From positions 96,001-160,000 of the forward strand of contig JAVZHX010000001.1 of assembly GCA_038871515.1 (NCBI GenBank): a DNA stretch of 64,000 bases, given 5' to 3'. The DNA is from Candidatus Micrarchaeia archaeon. GTDB taxonomy: Archaea; Micrarchaeota; Micrarchaeia; Burarchaeales; Fermentimicrarchaeaceae. Under the pieces are notes generated by a model. That model saw nothing but the letters and a program-made list of their open reading frames with translations, was not told the origin of the DNA and searched no databases. Made by a program: the position numbers and the translations under genes. Positions 1 through 9,071 of this stretch are shown here, piece after piece (position 1 is the first letter of the stretch; the number at the start of each line of letters is the position of its first letter).

Positions 1-521
1 GGTTCGTTATAATGCGCTAGCTCGTGCAGAACCCCATCCGGAACATCTATTATCTGCAAACCTTCCTTGAAACCAATTTTGTTTGAATCGCGGTAACATC
101 TGCAATTAGCATCCTTGTATTCCTTTATTTCAATTTTGAATTCACTGCCCGCTTTCTCTTTTACGTAATTTGAAAGAAAACGCTTCATCTCTTTTGTATC
201 CTCAACTCTTTCAGGCAGGTTATTTCTCTTCGCAAAAAGTTTGTTCAGCTCACCCTCAACCCATCCCAGTTCCGCCATAACTGTGAATTCACCCGTTCTG
301 CATTTTCCAGTAATTAACATTCCAAACTTGGCAGGGTTTTTGATTTTCTCTAGAAAATCTGTTTGGAAACCAAGTTTTTCAAGCTTCTGCTTTGCAGTTT
401 CCCAGAACTCTCCGTAAAGTTTGTCAAGCTTGCTGTCCAGCATCAGACTGCGCATCCTGGCAAGGTTCTTCAAGTTCTCCTGCTCTATCTCCATCCTCTC
501 CTTCACTGTCACGACAAGCAT
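1..521 (-). CDS. Hypothetical protein with HExxH (zincin-like) motif, partial (runs off window start)
   Basis: Own translation from ATG at 521: MLVVTVKERMEIEQENLK...DVPDGVLHELAHYNE, open to the window edge. Absent from the ORF track because no stop lies in the window. Confidence 0.6.
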   Translation of the reverse strand, partial: MLVVTVKERMEIEQENLKNLARMRSLMLDSKLDKLYGEFWETAKQKLEKLGFQTDFLEKIKNPAKFGMLITGKCRTGEFTVMAELGWVEGELNKLFAKRNNLPERVEDTKEMKRFLSNYVKEKAGSEFKIEIKEYKDANCRCYRDSNKIGFKEGLQIIDVPDGVLHELAHYNE

Positions 522-645
522 GATTGAATTGCTCGTTTTTTATATTTAAAACAACCGGAAGCAGAAAACACATTAATAAATATTGCTTGCATAAATCTAA
601 TGCACGGAGGTGCATATTCTTTCTGAAATTGTTGAGCTAGGAGAA

Positions 646-735
646 GGGCCCGTAGCTCAGCTTGGATAGAGCGGCAAGAGCGATCCCGCAAGCCTTCTAA
701 GCTGAAGGTCGTGGGTTCAAATCCCACCGGGCCCG
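646..735 (+). tRNA. tRNA-Arg(TCT) with 15-nt non-canonical intron at position 29/30 (677-691)
   Basis: Acceptor stem GGGCCCG/CGGGCCC and T-loop GTTCAAATC. Removing AGAGCGATCCCGCAA gives GCAGC-CT-TCT-AA-GCTGA, matching the intron-less tRNA-Arg(CCT) at 29607. BHB-like central helix GCGG/CCGC. Confidence 0.9.
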
Positions 736-755
736 CTTGATTTTCAGGTGGTGAA

Positions 756-1010
756 ATGGCAAAGACAAAAGTGGAGCAGATAATAACTATGATGGAGCAA
801 GTTGAGAACGACACATCCATACCGAAGAATGTGAGGAAAGCCGTGACAGATGCGAAGGAGAAGCTGAAAAGCAAGGAAGGGGATTTGAGAACGAGGGCAA
901 GCGCAGCAATTTACCTGCTTGATGAGGTGAGCAACGACATAAACATGCCAATGCATGCCCGAACCCAGATTTGGACAATTATGGGTGCGCTGGAAACAGT
1001 GAAAGGCTGA
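756..1010 (+). CDS. UPF0147 family protein
   Basis: 84 aa with D-x-SIPKNVR and LDEVSNDINMPMHART-IW motifs; GGTGGTG RBS upstream. Confidence 0.85.
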   Translation: MAKTKVEQIITMMEQVENDTSIPKNVRKAVTDAKEKLKSKEGDLRTRASAAIYLLDEVSNDINMPMHARTQIWTIMGALETVKG

Positions 1011-1015
1011 AGCAG

Positions 1016-2506
1016 ATGGATGAGGAGGAAATTGTGAAATTCTTCGGGAAGGAGGATGTTTTGCTTAGCCCAGACGCTGTGGAGTTTATTAAGGAGAAAA
1101 ACGACGAGTCACTTCTTAAAAAAATCCTTGAGAGAAAGGGAGAGGAGGTTTTTATAACAAAGGAGTTTGTTGAGAAGCTTATTGAGGAGGAGAAGAAAAT
1201 TCCTCTTCCTGCAGTTGAGGTTAAGAGAGCAATTGACTTCAAGCCAATTGCAAAGGAGTATTCACCCCAACTGAAATTCCTCAAGGAGTACGATGTGAGC
1301 GGGAAGTGCAGCTGCGGGGGAAGCGTTGATGATTTTGTGAAACTTTTCAGGGATAGGCTGAAAAGAACGAGAAGGATACTGGAGATGCGGGCAGGCGCAA
1401 CTGGAATAACGAACATCAGCGAGATAGGTGGTTTTGCAAAGGAAAGAGAGATCAGGATAGTGGGGATGGTGACAAGCAAAGCGATCACAAAGAAAGGGCA
1501 CATAATGATTGAGCTTGAGGGTGAGGACGGAGTCGCAAAGGTTCTTGCTCTGAAATCAGAAAGAGAACCGCAGAGGAGCTGCTTTGAAAAGGCAAACACT
1601 CTTCTTTTGGATGAGGTTGTTGCAATAGACGGCAGAGTTTCTGAACCATTCATAATTGCAAACGACATTATCTGGCCTGACATTCCAATAAGAAATCAGA
1701 AAGTAATTGACAGAGAAGTTTGTATTGCATTCCTTTCCGATTTGCACGTTGGGAGCAGATTCTTCCTCCAGGAGGAGTTTCAGAAAATGCTCAGGTGGCT
1801 GAACGGCGAAATAGAGGAGGGGAATGGGAGGGAACTCGCGGGGAGGGTGAAGTATATTATTATTGCTGGCGATTTGGTTGATGGGATTGGAATCTACCCT
1901 GAGCAGGAGAGGGAGCTTGTTGTGAAGGATATATACGAACAATACGATATGTTTATGAAATTTCTTGAGTCAATTCCGGAGCACATTGAGATAATTGTAT
2001 CGCCTGGCAACCACGATGCAGTGAGGAGAGCAGAGCCGCAGCCAAGCATTGAGAGAGAACTTCTGAAAGTGAGCAACGGGAGAGTTCACACTGTTGGCAG
2101 TCCCTCTCTTGTTGAAATTGAGGGATTTAAAACGCTTATCTACCATGGAACCTCCCTTGACTCAATCATCGCAGGCATACCTGGGATGAGCTATCAACAT
2201 CCTGAAAAGCCGATGGTTGAATTGTTGAAAAGAAGAAACCTCAGCCCAATATACGGGGAGAACCCAATCGTTCCAGAGAGCAGGGATTATATGCTGATTG
2301 AGGAAGTTCCCGATATTGTACATATGGGGCACGTTCACAAGAACGGCTATGATAACTACAAGGGAACTGTTGTTGTCAACTCAGGCACATGGCAGAAGCA
2401 AACTGATTTTCAGCTGAAGCAGGGGCACACTCCAAGCCCATGCATATTGCCAATACTTGATTTGAGAAGTGGGAGGATGAATGTTATAAACTTTATGAAA
2501 GGTTAA
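1016..2506 (+). CDS. polB: DNA polymerase D small subunit DP1 (proofreading exonuclease)
   Basis: OB fold plus calcineurin-like motifs SDLHVGS, AGDLVDG, PGNHD, YHG, GHVH, NSGTWQ; directly upstream of DP2. Start moved to ATG 1016. Confidence 0.95.
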   Translation: MDEEEIVKFFGKEDVLLSPDAVEFIKEKNDESLLKKILERKGEEVFITKEFVEKLIEEEKKIPLPAVEVKRAIDFKPIAKEYSPQLKFLKEYDVSGKCSCGGSVDDFVKLFRDRLKRTRRILEMRAGATGITNISEIGGFAKEREIRIVGMVTSKAITKKGHIMIELEGEDGVAKVLALKSEREPQRSCFEKANTLLLDEVVAIDGRVSEPFIIANDIIWPDIPIRNQKVIDREVCIAFLSDLHVGSRFFLQEEFQKMLRWLNGEIEEGNGRELAGRVKYIIIAGDLVDGIGIYPEQERELVVKDIYEQYDMFMKFLESIPEHIEIIVSPGNHDAVRRAEPQPSIERELLKVSNGRVHTVGSPSLVEIEGFKTLIYHGTSLDSIIAGIPGMSYQHPEKPMVELLKRRNLSPIYGENPIVPESRDYMLIEEVPDIVHMGHVHKNGYDNYKGTVVVNSGTWQKQTDFQLKQGHTPSPCILPILDLRSGRMNVINFMKG

Positions 2507-2510
2507 TTCT

Positions 2511-5500
2511 ATGAAGGAGTATTTTGAAAGCTTGCAGAAGGGGTTTGCTGATGCGTATTCAATCGCAGAGAAAGTGCGCGCAGCTGGAGTTGACCCTGAG
2601 GAGAAACCGGAGATAGTGCCTGCTGAGGACATTGCTGCAAGGGTTGAGGGGATAGTTGGTCCTGAGGGAATAGCGAAGAGGATAAGGGAGCTTGGAGTTG
2701 AGAAGAAGAGGGAAGCACTGGCTTTTGACATTGTGAGGGAGATAATTGAAACGAATAAGGGAGAGCCCGAGAGAGTTATTGAGCAAGCTGTCAGAACAGG
2801 TGTTGCAATTCTTACAGAAGGAGTGCTTGTCGCCCCAACAGAAGGAATCTCAAGCATAAGGATAAAAACAAATCCAGATGGAAGCAACTACCTCGCGATG
2901 TATTTCTCAGGCCCAATAAGAAGCGCAGGTGGAACTGTCGCAGCGCTGAGCGTTGCGCTTGCGGACTTTGCGAGAAGAAAGTTCAACATAGCTGATTATA
3001 GACCTACTGACACCGAAGTTGAGAGATACGTTGAGGAGATTGCTTTATACGATGTCAGGGCGGCAAGGTTGCAGTATAGACCAACTGATGATGAGATAAG
3101 GATAATTGTGAAGAATTGTCCAGTATGCATCGACGGGGAGCCAACAGAGGAGTTTGAGGTTTCTGTTCATAAGGATTTGCCAAGAATTGAAACAAACAGA
3201 ATAAGGGGAGGGATGTGCCTTGTTATTGCGGAGGGAATTGCACAGAAAGCCAGCAAAGTTCTCAGGTACACAAAAAACATTGGTTTGAACTGGAGCTGGC
3301 TTGAGGCGTGCGTGAAGGTTCCAAAGAAGGAAACAGGCGGTGAGGTTAAACCAAACAGCCTCTACCTTGAGGATATTGTTGCAGGCAGACCTATTTTCAG
3401 CTATCCATCTGAGAAAGGAGGTTTCCGACTCAGGTATGGGAGAACAAGGATGACCGGAATTGCTGCAAAAGCAGTTCATCCCGCAACAATGGTTCTGCTT
3501 GATGGTTTTCTGGCAATTGGAACTCAGATGAAGGTGGAAAGACCGGGGAAGGGTTGTGTTGTCACTCCCTGCAGCACAATAGAGGGTCCATTTGTGAAGC
3601 TGAGGGATGGAAGCGTGTTACAGGTAAAGACTGCTGAGGAAGCAGAAAAAATAAAGGAGAATGTTGAGTTGATACTCTCGCTTGGCGATATGCTTGTTTC
3701 TTATGGTGATTTCTACAAAGCAAACCACCCCCTCATGCCGACTGGCTACTGCGAGGAGTTCTGGCTGAAGGAGCTTGAGAGAAGCGCAAAGGAGAAGGGA
3801 GTTGATCCCAGAACAGCTGTGCCTCCAGAGTTAAGTGGGGAGGATGCATTTAGAATATCAGAAAAGTTCAACATACCCCTCCACCCTCGCTACACATATT
3901 TGTGGCATGATATAAACTGCGATGAATTAAAGGAGCTTGCGGAATGGCTTGCAAAAGGAAAGTTAATTTACGACTGGTTCAAACTGAAGGAGCTGAGAGT
4001 TGAAAACGGGGATGGAAAGAGGGTGCTTGAGAAGCTGTGCGTTCCTCATACTGTTGAGGGAAACGAAGTTGTGTTGAGGGAGCACGCGCTACCCCTTCTC
4101 ATGTCTCTGGGAATGCTGCAGAACAGGAGAATAAGCATTGAAAAATTCAACAGCGCTTTCTCAAAGGAAAAGAAAGCAATTGATATTGTGAGGGAGCTTG
4201 CTGGCGTGAAAATAATGGAGAAGGCTCCCGTGTATATTGGTGCAAGAATGGGAAGACCCGAGAAGGCAAGGGAGAGAAAAATGAAGCCTGCCCCCCACGT
4301 GCTCTTCCCAATAGGCAACTGGGGGGGCAAAACACGTGATATAATAGCTGCTTACAGAAGAGCGAAGGATAATGAAAGATTTGAGGGAGGAAAGGTGATT
4401 GTTGAAGTTGGGAGGATGAAATGCCCTGAATGCGGAAGGATTTTCACAACAAACAAATGTCCTCTCTGCAAACTGAAAACAATTCCAAGCAGGGTTTGCT
4501 TGAAATGCGGAAGTGAGGTTGCTGGAGACGTTTGTGAGAAGTGCAAAGCAAAAGCATCCGAATCCGACTCGCGAGCAATACCACTTGTTGAGCTTGTTGA
4601 GGAAGCTGAGAGGAAATGCGGAAGCCTTCCAGCTGAGTTAAAAGGAGTGAAGGGAATGACAAGCAGGGCAAAGATTCCTGAGCCGTTGGAGAAGGGAATT
4701 CTGAGAGCAAAGCATGGAGTTTTTGTTTTCAAGGATGGAACTGCAAGGTTTGATGCAACAAACATTCCTCTCACTCACTTCAAACCAAAGGAAATTGGGG
4801 TGAGCGTTGAAAAGCTCAAGGAGCTTGGTTACACAAAGGATTGGGAGGGAAAGGAGCTGAAGGATGAAAATCAGTTGGTTGAGCTGAAACCGCAGGATGT
4901 TATCATATCCGAAAATGGAGCGGAGTATTTGAAAGGAGTTGCAAACTTTGTTGACGATGAGCTTGTTTATCTTTATGGTTTGCCCCCGTATTACAAGCTG
5001 AATGGAAAGGAGGAGCTTGTTGGAAAACTTGTTGTCACTCTTTCACCACACACCTCCTGCGGTGTTCTTGGAAGGATAATCGGATTCACAAAAGCAAATG
5101 TTGGGTATGCTCATCCTTACATGATTTCGGCAAGGAGAAGGAATGCTGATGGGGATGAGGATTCAACAATGCTGCTGCTCGATGCCCTAATTAACTTCTC
5201 AAGAAAGTTCCTTCCAGATAGCAGAGGGGGAACAATGGATGCTTGCCTTGTTTTGACAACTGTGATTGACCCAAGGGAAGTTGATGATGAGGTTCATGCG
5301 ATGGAGGTTTGCAGGGAGTATCCGCTTGAGCTTTATGAGGCAAGCCTTAGGTTTGAAAACCCCGCTGAGGTGAAAATTGAAAAAGTGCTTGACAGGTTAG
5401 GGAAGGAGGAGCAGTACGCAGGTATAAGTTTTACTCACGAAGTTGGCTCTCTTGAGAGCGTTCCACTCGTAACTAATTATGTAAAACTGAGAACTATGAA

Positions 5501-5891
5501 AGAAAAAGTTGATGCTCAGTTTAACCTATCTGAAAAAGTTAGAGCAGTTAATGTGAGGAACGCAGCCGAAAGATTGATACTGAGCCACTTTCTACCAGAT
5601 TTGTACGGAAACTTAAGGTCTTTTTCAAGACAGGTTTTCAGGTGCGTGAGCTGCAACAGCAAGTACAGGAGAGTTCCACTTTCAGGTAAGTGCAGGAGAT
5701 GCGGAGGGAAGCTCGTGCTTACAATTTCAAAAGGTGGAATTGAGAAATATCTGAAAATCTCGCAGGAGCTTGTTGAGAGATACCAGCTGCCCAGTTATCT
5801 GAAGCAGAGGCTGCAGCTTCTTGAAAGTGATCTGTCATCTGTTTTTGGGAATGAAGATAAGAAGCAGTTCAGCCTTTCTGAGTTCATGTAG
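2511..5891 (+). CDS. polC: DNA polymerase D large subunit DP2 (no intein)
   Basis: GPIRSAGGT, GGFRLRYGR, RMGRPEKA, FKDGT-RFD, catalytic DGDED, RGGTMD and C-terminal Zn fingers. Confidence 0.97.
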   Translation: MKEYFESLQKGFADAYSIAEKVRAAGVDPEEKPEIVPAEDIAARVEGIVGPEGIAKRIRELGVEKKREALAFDIVREIIETNKGEPERVIEQAVRTGVAILTEGVLVAPTEGISSIRIKTNPDGSNYLAMYFSGPIRSAGGTVAALSVALADFARRKFNIADYRPTDTEVERYVEEIALYDVRAARLQYRPTDDEIRIIVKNCPVCIDGEPTEEFEVSVHKDLPRIETNRIRGGMCLVIAEGIAQKASKVLRYTKNIGLNWSWLEACVKVPKKETGGEVKPNSLYLEDIVAGRPIFSYPSEKGGFRLRYGRTRMTGIAAKAVHPATMVLLDGFLAIGTQMKVERPGKGCVVTPCSTIEGPFVKLRDGSVLQVKTAEEAEKIKENVELILSLGDMLVSYGDFYKANHPLMPTGYCEEFWLKELERSAKEKGVDPRTAVPPELSGEDAFRISEKFNIPLHPRYTYLWHDINCDELKELAEWLAKGKLIYDWFKLKELRVENGDGKRVLEKLCVPHTVEGNEVVLREHALPLLMSLGMLQNRRISIEKFNSAFSKEKKAIDIVRELAGVKIMEKAPVYIGARMGRPEKARERKMKPAPHVLFPIGNWGGKTRDIIAAYRRAKDNERFEGGKVIVEVGRMKCPECGRIFTTNKCPLCKLKTIPSRVCLKCGSEVAGDVCEKCKAKASESDSRAIPLVELVEEAERKCGSLPAELKGVKGMTSRAKIPEPLEKGILRAKHGVFVFKDGTARFDATNIPLTHFKPKEIGVSVEKLKELGYTKDWEGKELKDENQLVELKPQDVIISENGAEYLKGVANFVDDELVYLYGLPPYYKLNGKEELVGKLVVTLSPHTSCGVLGRIIGFTKANVGYAHPYMISARRRNADGDEDSTMLLLDALINFSRKFLPDSRGGTMDACLVLTTVIDPREVDDEVHAMEVCREYPLELYEASLRFENPAEVKIEKVLDRLGKEEQYAGISFTHEVGSLESVPLVTNYVKLRTMKEKVDAQFNLSEKVRAVNVRNAAERLILSHFLPDLYGNLRSFSRQVFRCVSCNSKYRRVPLSGKCRRCGGKLVLTISKGGIEKYLKISQELVERYQLPSYLKQRLQLLESDLSSVFGNEDKKQFSLSEFM

Positions 5892-5947
5892 CCATACAAT
5901 AAAGAAAGTATTAAATTTTATTTTTGCTGAATTCTATTGGTGGTTAT

Positions 5948-8245
5948 ATGAAAAAAATTATTCTTGCACTTGCACTTATCCTGCTTGCTGGCTGTTTGAT
6001 ATTTCCACCTGAAAACAAATACGAGCTCTTCTCTTATTTACCTTCTGAGGGTGCAACAAATGCTCTTTTCATTGATGCAAAGGAGGAGGGGTTCAGCGAG
6101 CTGAGCTCCCTTCTTGGAGTTGTCATGGGTGGTGCAAAGTTGAAAGAAATTAAAGGAATGCAGTTTGCGCTTCTTGGGTATGGAGATGGGGGAAGTGCAG
6201 GTGTAATTAGGCTGAAAACAGATATGGATGTGAACGAACTGATCAGAATGCTTCCCTACGGAGAGATGGAATTCAGAAATGAAACAAAGTTTATTGGTGG
6301 TAAAGAGGTGATACTGCTTTACCCGAAGTATATTTACTCTGAGTATGATAGAAATAAGGAGAATCCTTTGTGCATGTGGAGGGAGGGGGAGTGGTTGAGT
6401 TTTCTCTACTGCCAGCCTGGGTATCGTTATGTTATGGATAGTATGACAAAAATAAGTAGTAACGATAACTTCAGGTGTGACGTAATACTGGAGCAGAAGT
6501 ACGACACAAAAAAAGCTGAGGAGCTTCTTTCAGAAAGCACGGCAATGAAGCAAAAACTCTCAGCAGGTGGCACATTATTTGGCGAGGCAGTTGGTTATGT
6601 TGAGAACCAAAGTATTTACGTTTCTGTTTTTGGGGATGAGAAAGCTGATTATGGAGTTGTGATTAGCAAGGGAGGCAGAAGAGGAGCGAGTTTGTGTTAT
6701 AATGACTCCTCCTCAAAATCAGCAGAAATTGTGAGAAGAGGTAGTAGAGAGGCGTGCGTGAAGGAATATGAAGGAGGAAGCTCCTCCACGCTGCCGAGTT
6801 TATCAAGGATGAGCTTCATATACGCGGAGAGGAGGGTTGGTGACTACTCAGTAGTTGCCATTACCTATCCAAAGGAGAGCAAGCAAGCTGTTAGAAGCAG
6901 TGTTGAGAACATAGTATTCGGTACTGAGTTGGGAGGTGAGGAGGGAAGATGGACGGATAAGATGAATTTAACAGTGAGAGTTTATGAGAGGGTTGGCAGC
7001 CAGAACATACCAGTTGGGGATGCAAAAGTTGAGCTGTATAGCTATTCATATCCGGGTTATGGGTATGAGTATGTGGATGTAGTTGATGGAGTGAGCAGAA
7101 GAAAACTTGTCAAAACAGCATACACAGATAACAATGGAGTTGCGAAGTTTGAAAACCTTGAGGTTGCAAGCTATACTGTTGAGGTGAGCAAGCAGGGTTA
7201 TGTGAAAGGAACTGATTACGTTTACGCTGGAGAAACAAACTCCACCGTGAGCTTGCAGAAGATGGGACCACTTGTTGTTACTGTAAAGGAGTCTGGAGGA
7301 ACGCCTATTGCAGAGGCAACTGTGAGATTATACAACAGAACACTGAGTTATGATTATGAGTTGATAAGAACAGCGTATACTAATGAAATGGGAGTTGCTG
7401 ATTTTGGGATGCTTGAGATTGATTACGGAAGAGCAGTTGTGAGCAAAGAGGGTTATAAGAATTATACCGCTTATGTATCATCTTCCTCAAGAAACATAAC
7501 TGTTTACCTGACGAAGGAAGTTAGGTATAACTACACTGGACAACCATTTACGGTAACAGTAAGAAGTTATGATTCAGAAGAACTTATGATTAATGTTGAA
7601 GAGGCAAAGGTGAGTATTTATAACAAAACTCCACCTGGTTACGTGCTTGCTTCCACTAACTACACAAACTCAAACGGCGTTGCAGTTTTAAAAGGAGATG
7701 GAATTGGAGATGGAAAAATAGAGGTTGAGAAGGCGGGTTATGAAAAATATAGCCAGGAGTTTTATTACTACAACGGCAGGAATATGGTGGTATACCTAAC
7801 TGCTCTTGGCTCAAAACAAACGCATGGTTGGGATAAGATACTCACCAGCGAAAACTGCAGCGGAAACTTCAGTGTTAGAATCTGGCCTTCGGAAGCTGCA
7901 ACTGCTAGCTGCACAACCAGCACGGGCGCTGTTCTTTCATCAACCGGCGTGAACTCTGCGGATTGGTTTAATTATGGTGGATGTGGTGGCTGGAAAAGGT
8001 ATAACGTGACTCCTGGCTCGCAGGTTAAGATACATGGGTATACCGACAGCTGCGCAGGCTGCACTCTGTGGCATATAAATTACTATTTACACGATTACTA
8101 CAACTCCACCTGGCACAGAGTTGGCTACGTGGATGGGCCTGACGAAAGAGGAGCAACGCACGACTTTTGTTACACCCCAAAAGGCAGTATGATAAGCATA
8201 GAAGCTGAGACTGGTTTCTACGTGCAGGTATTCACAAACCAGTAG
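5948..8245 (+). CDS. Large predicted lipoprotein / surface protein with three tandem carboxypeptidase-regulatory (CnaB-like) beta-sandwich repeats and a Cys-containing C-terminal domain
   Basis: Lipobox MKKIILALALILLAG-C; three repeats of A-x-V-x-(L/I)Y...(TAYT/TNYT)-x-x-x-GVA...V-x-K-x-GY; many N-x-S/T sequons. Confidence 0.7.
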   Translation: MKKIILALALILLAGCLIFPPENKYELFSYLPSEGATNALFIDAKEEGFSELSSLLGVVMGGAKLKEIKGMQFALLGYGDGGSAGVIRLKTDMDVNELIRMLPYGEMEFRNETKFIGGKEVILLYPKYIYSEYDRNKENPLCMWREGEWLSFLYCQPGYRYVMDSMTKISSNDNFRCDVILEQKYDTKKAEELLSESTAMKQKLSAGGTLFGEAVGYVENQSIYVSVFGDEKADYGVVISKGGRRGASLCYNDSSSKSAEIVRRGSREACVKEYEGGSSSTLPSLSRMSFIYAERRVGDYSVVAITYPKESKQAVRSSVENIVFGTELGGEEGRWTDKMNLTVRVYERVGSQNIPVGDAKVELYSYSYPGYGYEYVDVVDGVSRRKLVKTAYTDNNGVAKFENLEVASYTVEVSKQGYVKGTDYVYAGETNSTVSLQKMGPLVVTVKESGGTPIAEATVRLYNRTLSYDYELIRTAYTNEMGVADFGMLEIDYGRAVVSKEGYKNYTAYVSSSSRNITVYLTKEVRYNYTGQPFTVTVRSYDSEELMINVEEAKVSIYNKTPPGYVLASTNYTNSNGVAVLKGDGIGDGKIEVEKAGYEKYSQEFYYYNGRNMVVYLTALGSKQTHGWDKILTSENCSGNFSVRIWPSEAATASCTTSTGAVLSSTGVNSADWFNYGGCGGWKRYNVTPGSQVKIHGYTDSCAGCTLWHINYYLHDYYNSTWHRVGYVDGPDERGATHDFCYTPKGSMISIEAETGFYVQVFTNQ

Positions 8246-9071
8246 CTCTGCCATACCGGTACACATACTGCTGGGCGTAACCGGCATACTCCCCCCAGTA
8301 GTTTCTTGCAAATTCTCTTATTTCCAAATCTGTTGCTTTCTTTCCTTTGAAGTAAACCCTCTTCATTGTTTTTCTCACCCAAACATCTACTGGGAATGCT
8401 TCAAGCTTTCCATAAGCAAACAGCATAACGCAGTCAGCTATCTTTTCACCTACTCCCTCCACTCTCATCAACTCCATTCTGCCCTCCTCATAACTCATCT
8501 CCGCCAAGCTCCCTAAATCAATTTTCTCCAAGCACATTCTTGCTGCATTTTTCAAGTAACCTGCTCTGAAACCAAGCTTGCATTTTTTCAATAAACCCAA
8601 ATCTGCTTCTGAAATTTTTTCTGGAGTTGGAAAACGATGAAAAACCCTTCCGTCAACAACAACTTTCTCCCCAAGCAGTGAGGAAAGGTTGCTGACAATG
8701 CACTTTATATTTTTCAGATTGTTGTTTGTTGAGCAGATGAAACAAGCAAGTGTTTCCCATGGGTTTGAGAGAGTCAACCTTAAACCATAAAGCTCTCTCA
8801 CTGCATTCAGCATGAACTCATCCTTTATGATTTTTTTATAAATCAGCTTCATATCATCCTTCAACCTAAACCTATATTCAACAACTTTTTTCACCTCCTC
8901 GCTCTCGCCTCTCCACTCAACTTTTAAAGAATTCTCAATCTGCTCCACTGAAACAGGTGAATTGTTAACAAGAAACTCAGCTCTGCCGTTTTCATAGTTC
9001 ATCAGAAAATACACGGGCTGCCCGCTGAGCATTGTGTGATGAAGGTTAAAACACGTTACAGGTATTTCCAT
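8232..9071 (-). CDS. ogg1: 8-oxoguanine DNA glycosylase/AP lyase (OGG1-type, HhH-GPD)
   Basis: PWETLACFICSTNNN, LGFRA, HhH GVGEKIADC, FPVDVW, GEYAGYAQQY. ATG overlaps the glyS stop (TGATG). Confidence 0.85.
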   Translation of the reverse strand: MEIPVTCFNLHHTMLSGQPVYFLMNYENGRAEFLVNNSPVSVEQIENSLKVEWRGESEEVKKVVEYRFRLKDDMKLIYKKIIKDEFMLNAVRELYGLRLTLSNPWETLACFICSTNNNLKNIKCIVSNLSSLLGEKVVVDGRVFHRFPTPEKISEADLGLLKKCKLGFRAGYLKNAARMCLEKIDLGSLAEMSYEEGRMELMRVEGVGEKIADCVMLFAYGKLEAFPVDVWVRKTMKRVYFKGKKATDLEIREFARNYWGEYAGYAQQYVYRYGRATGL

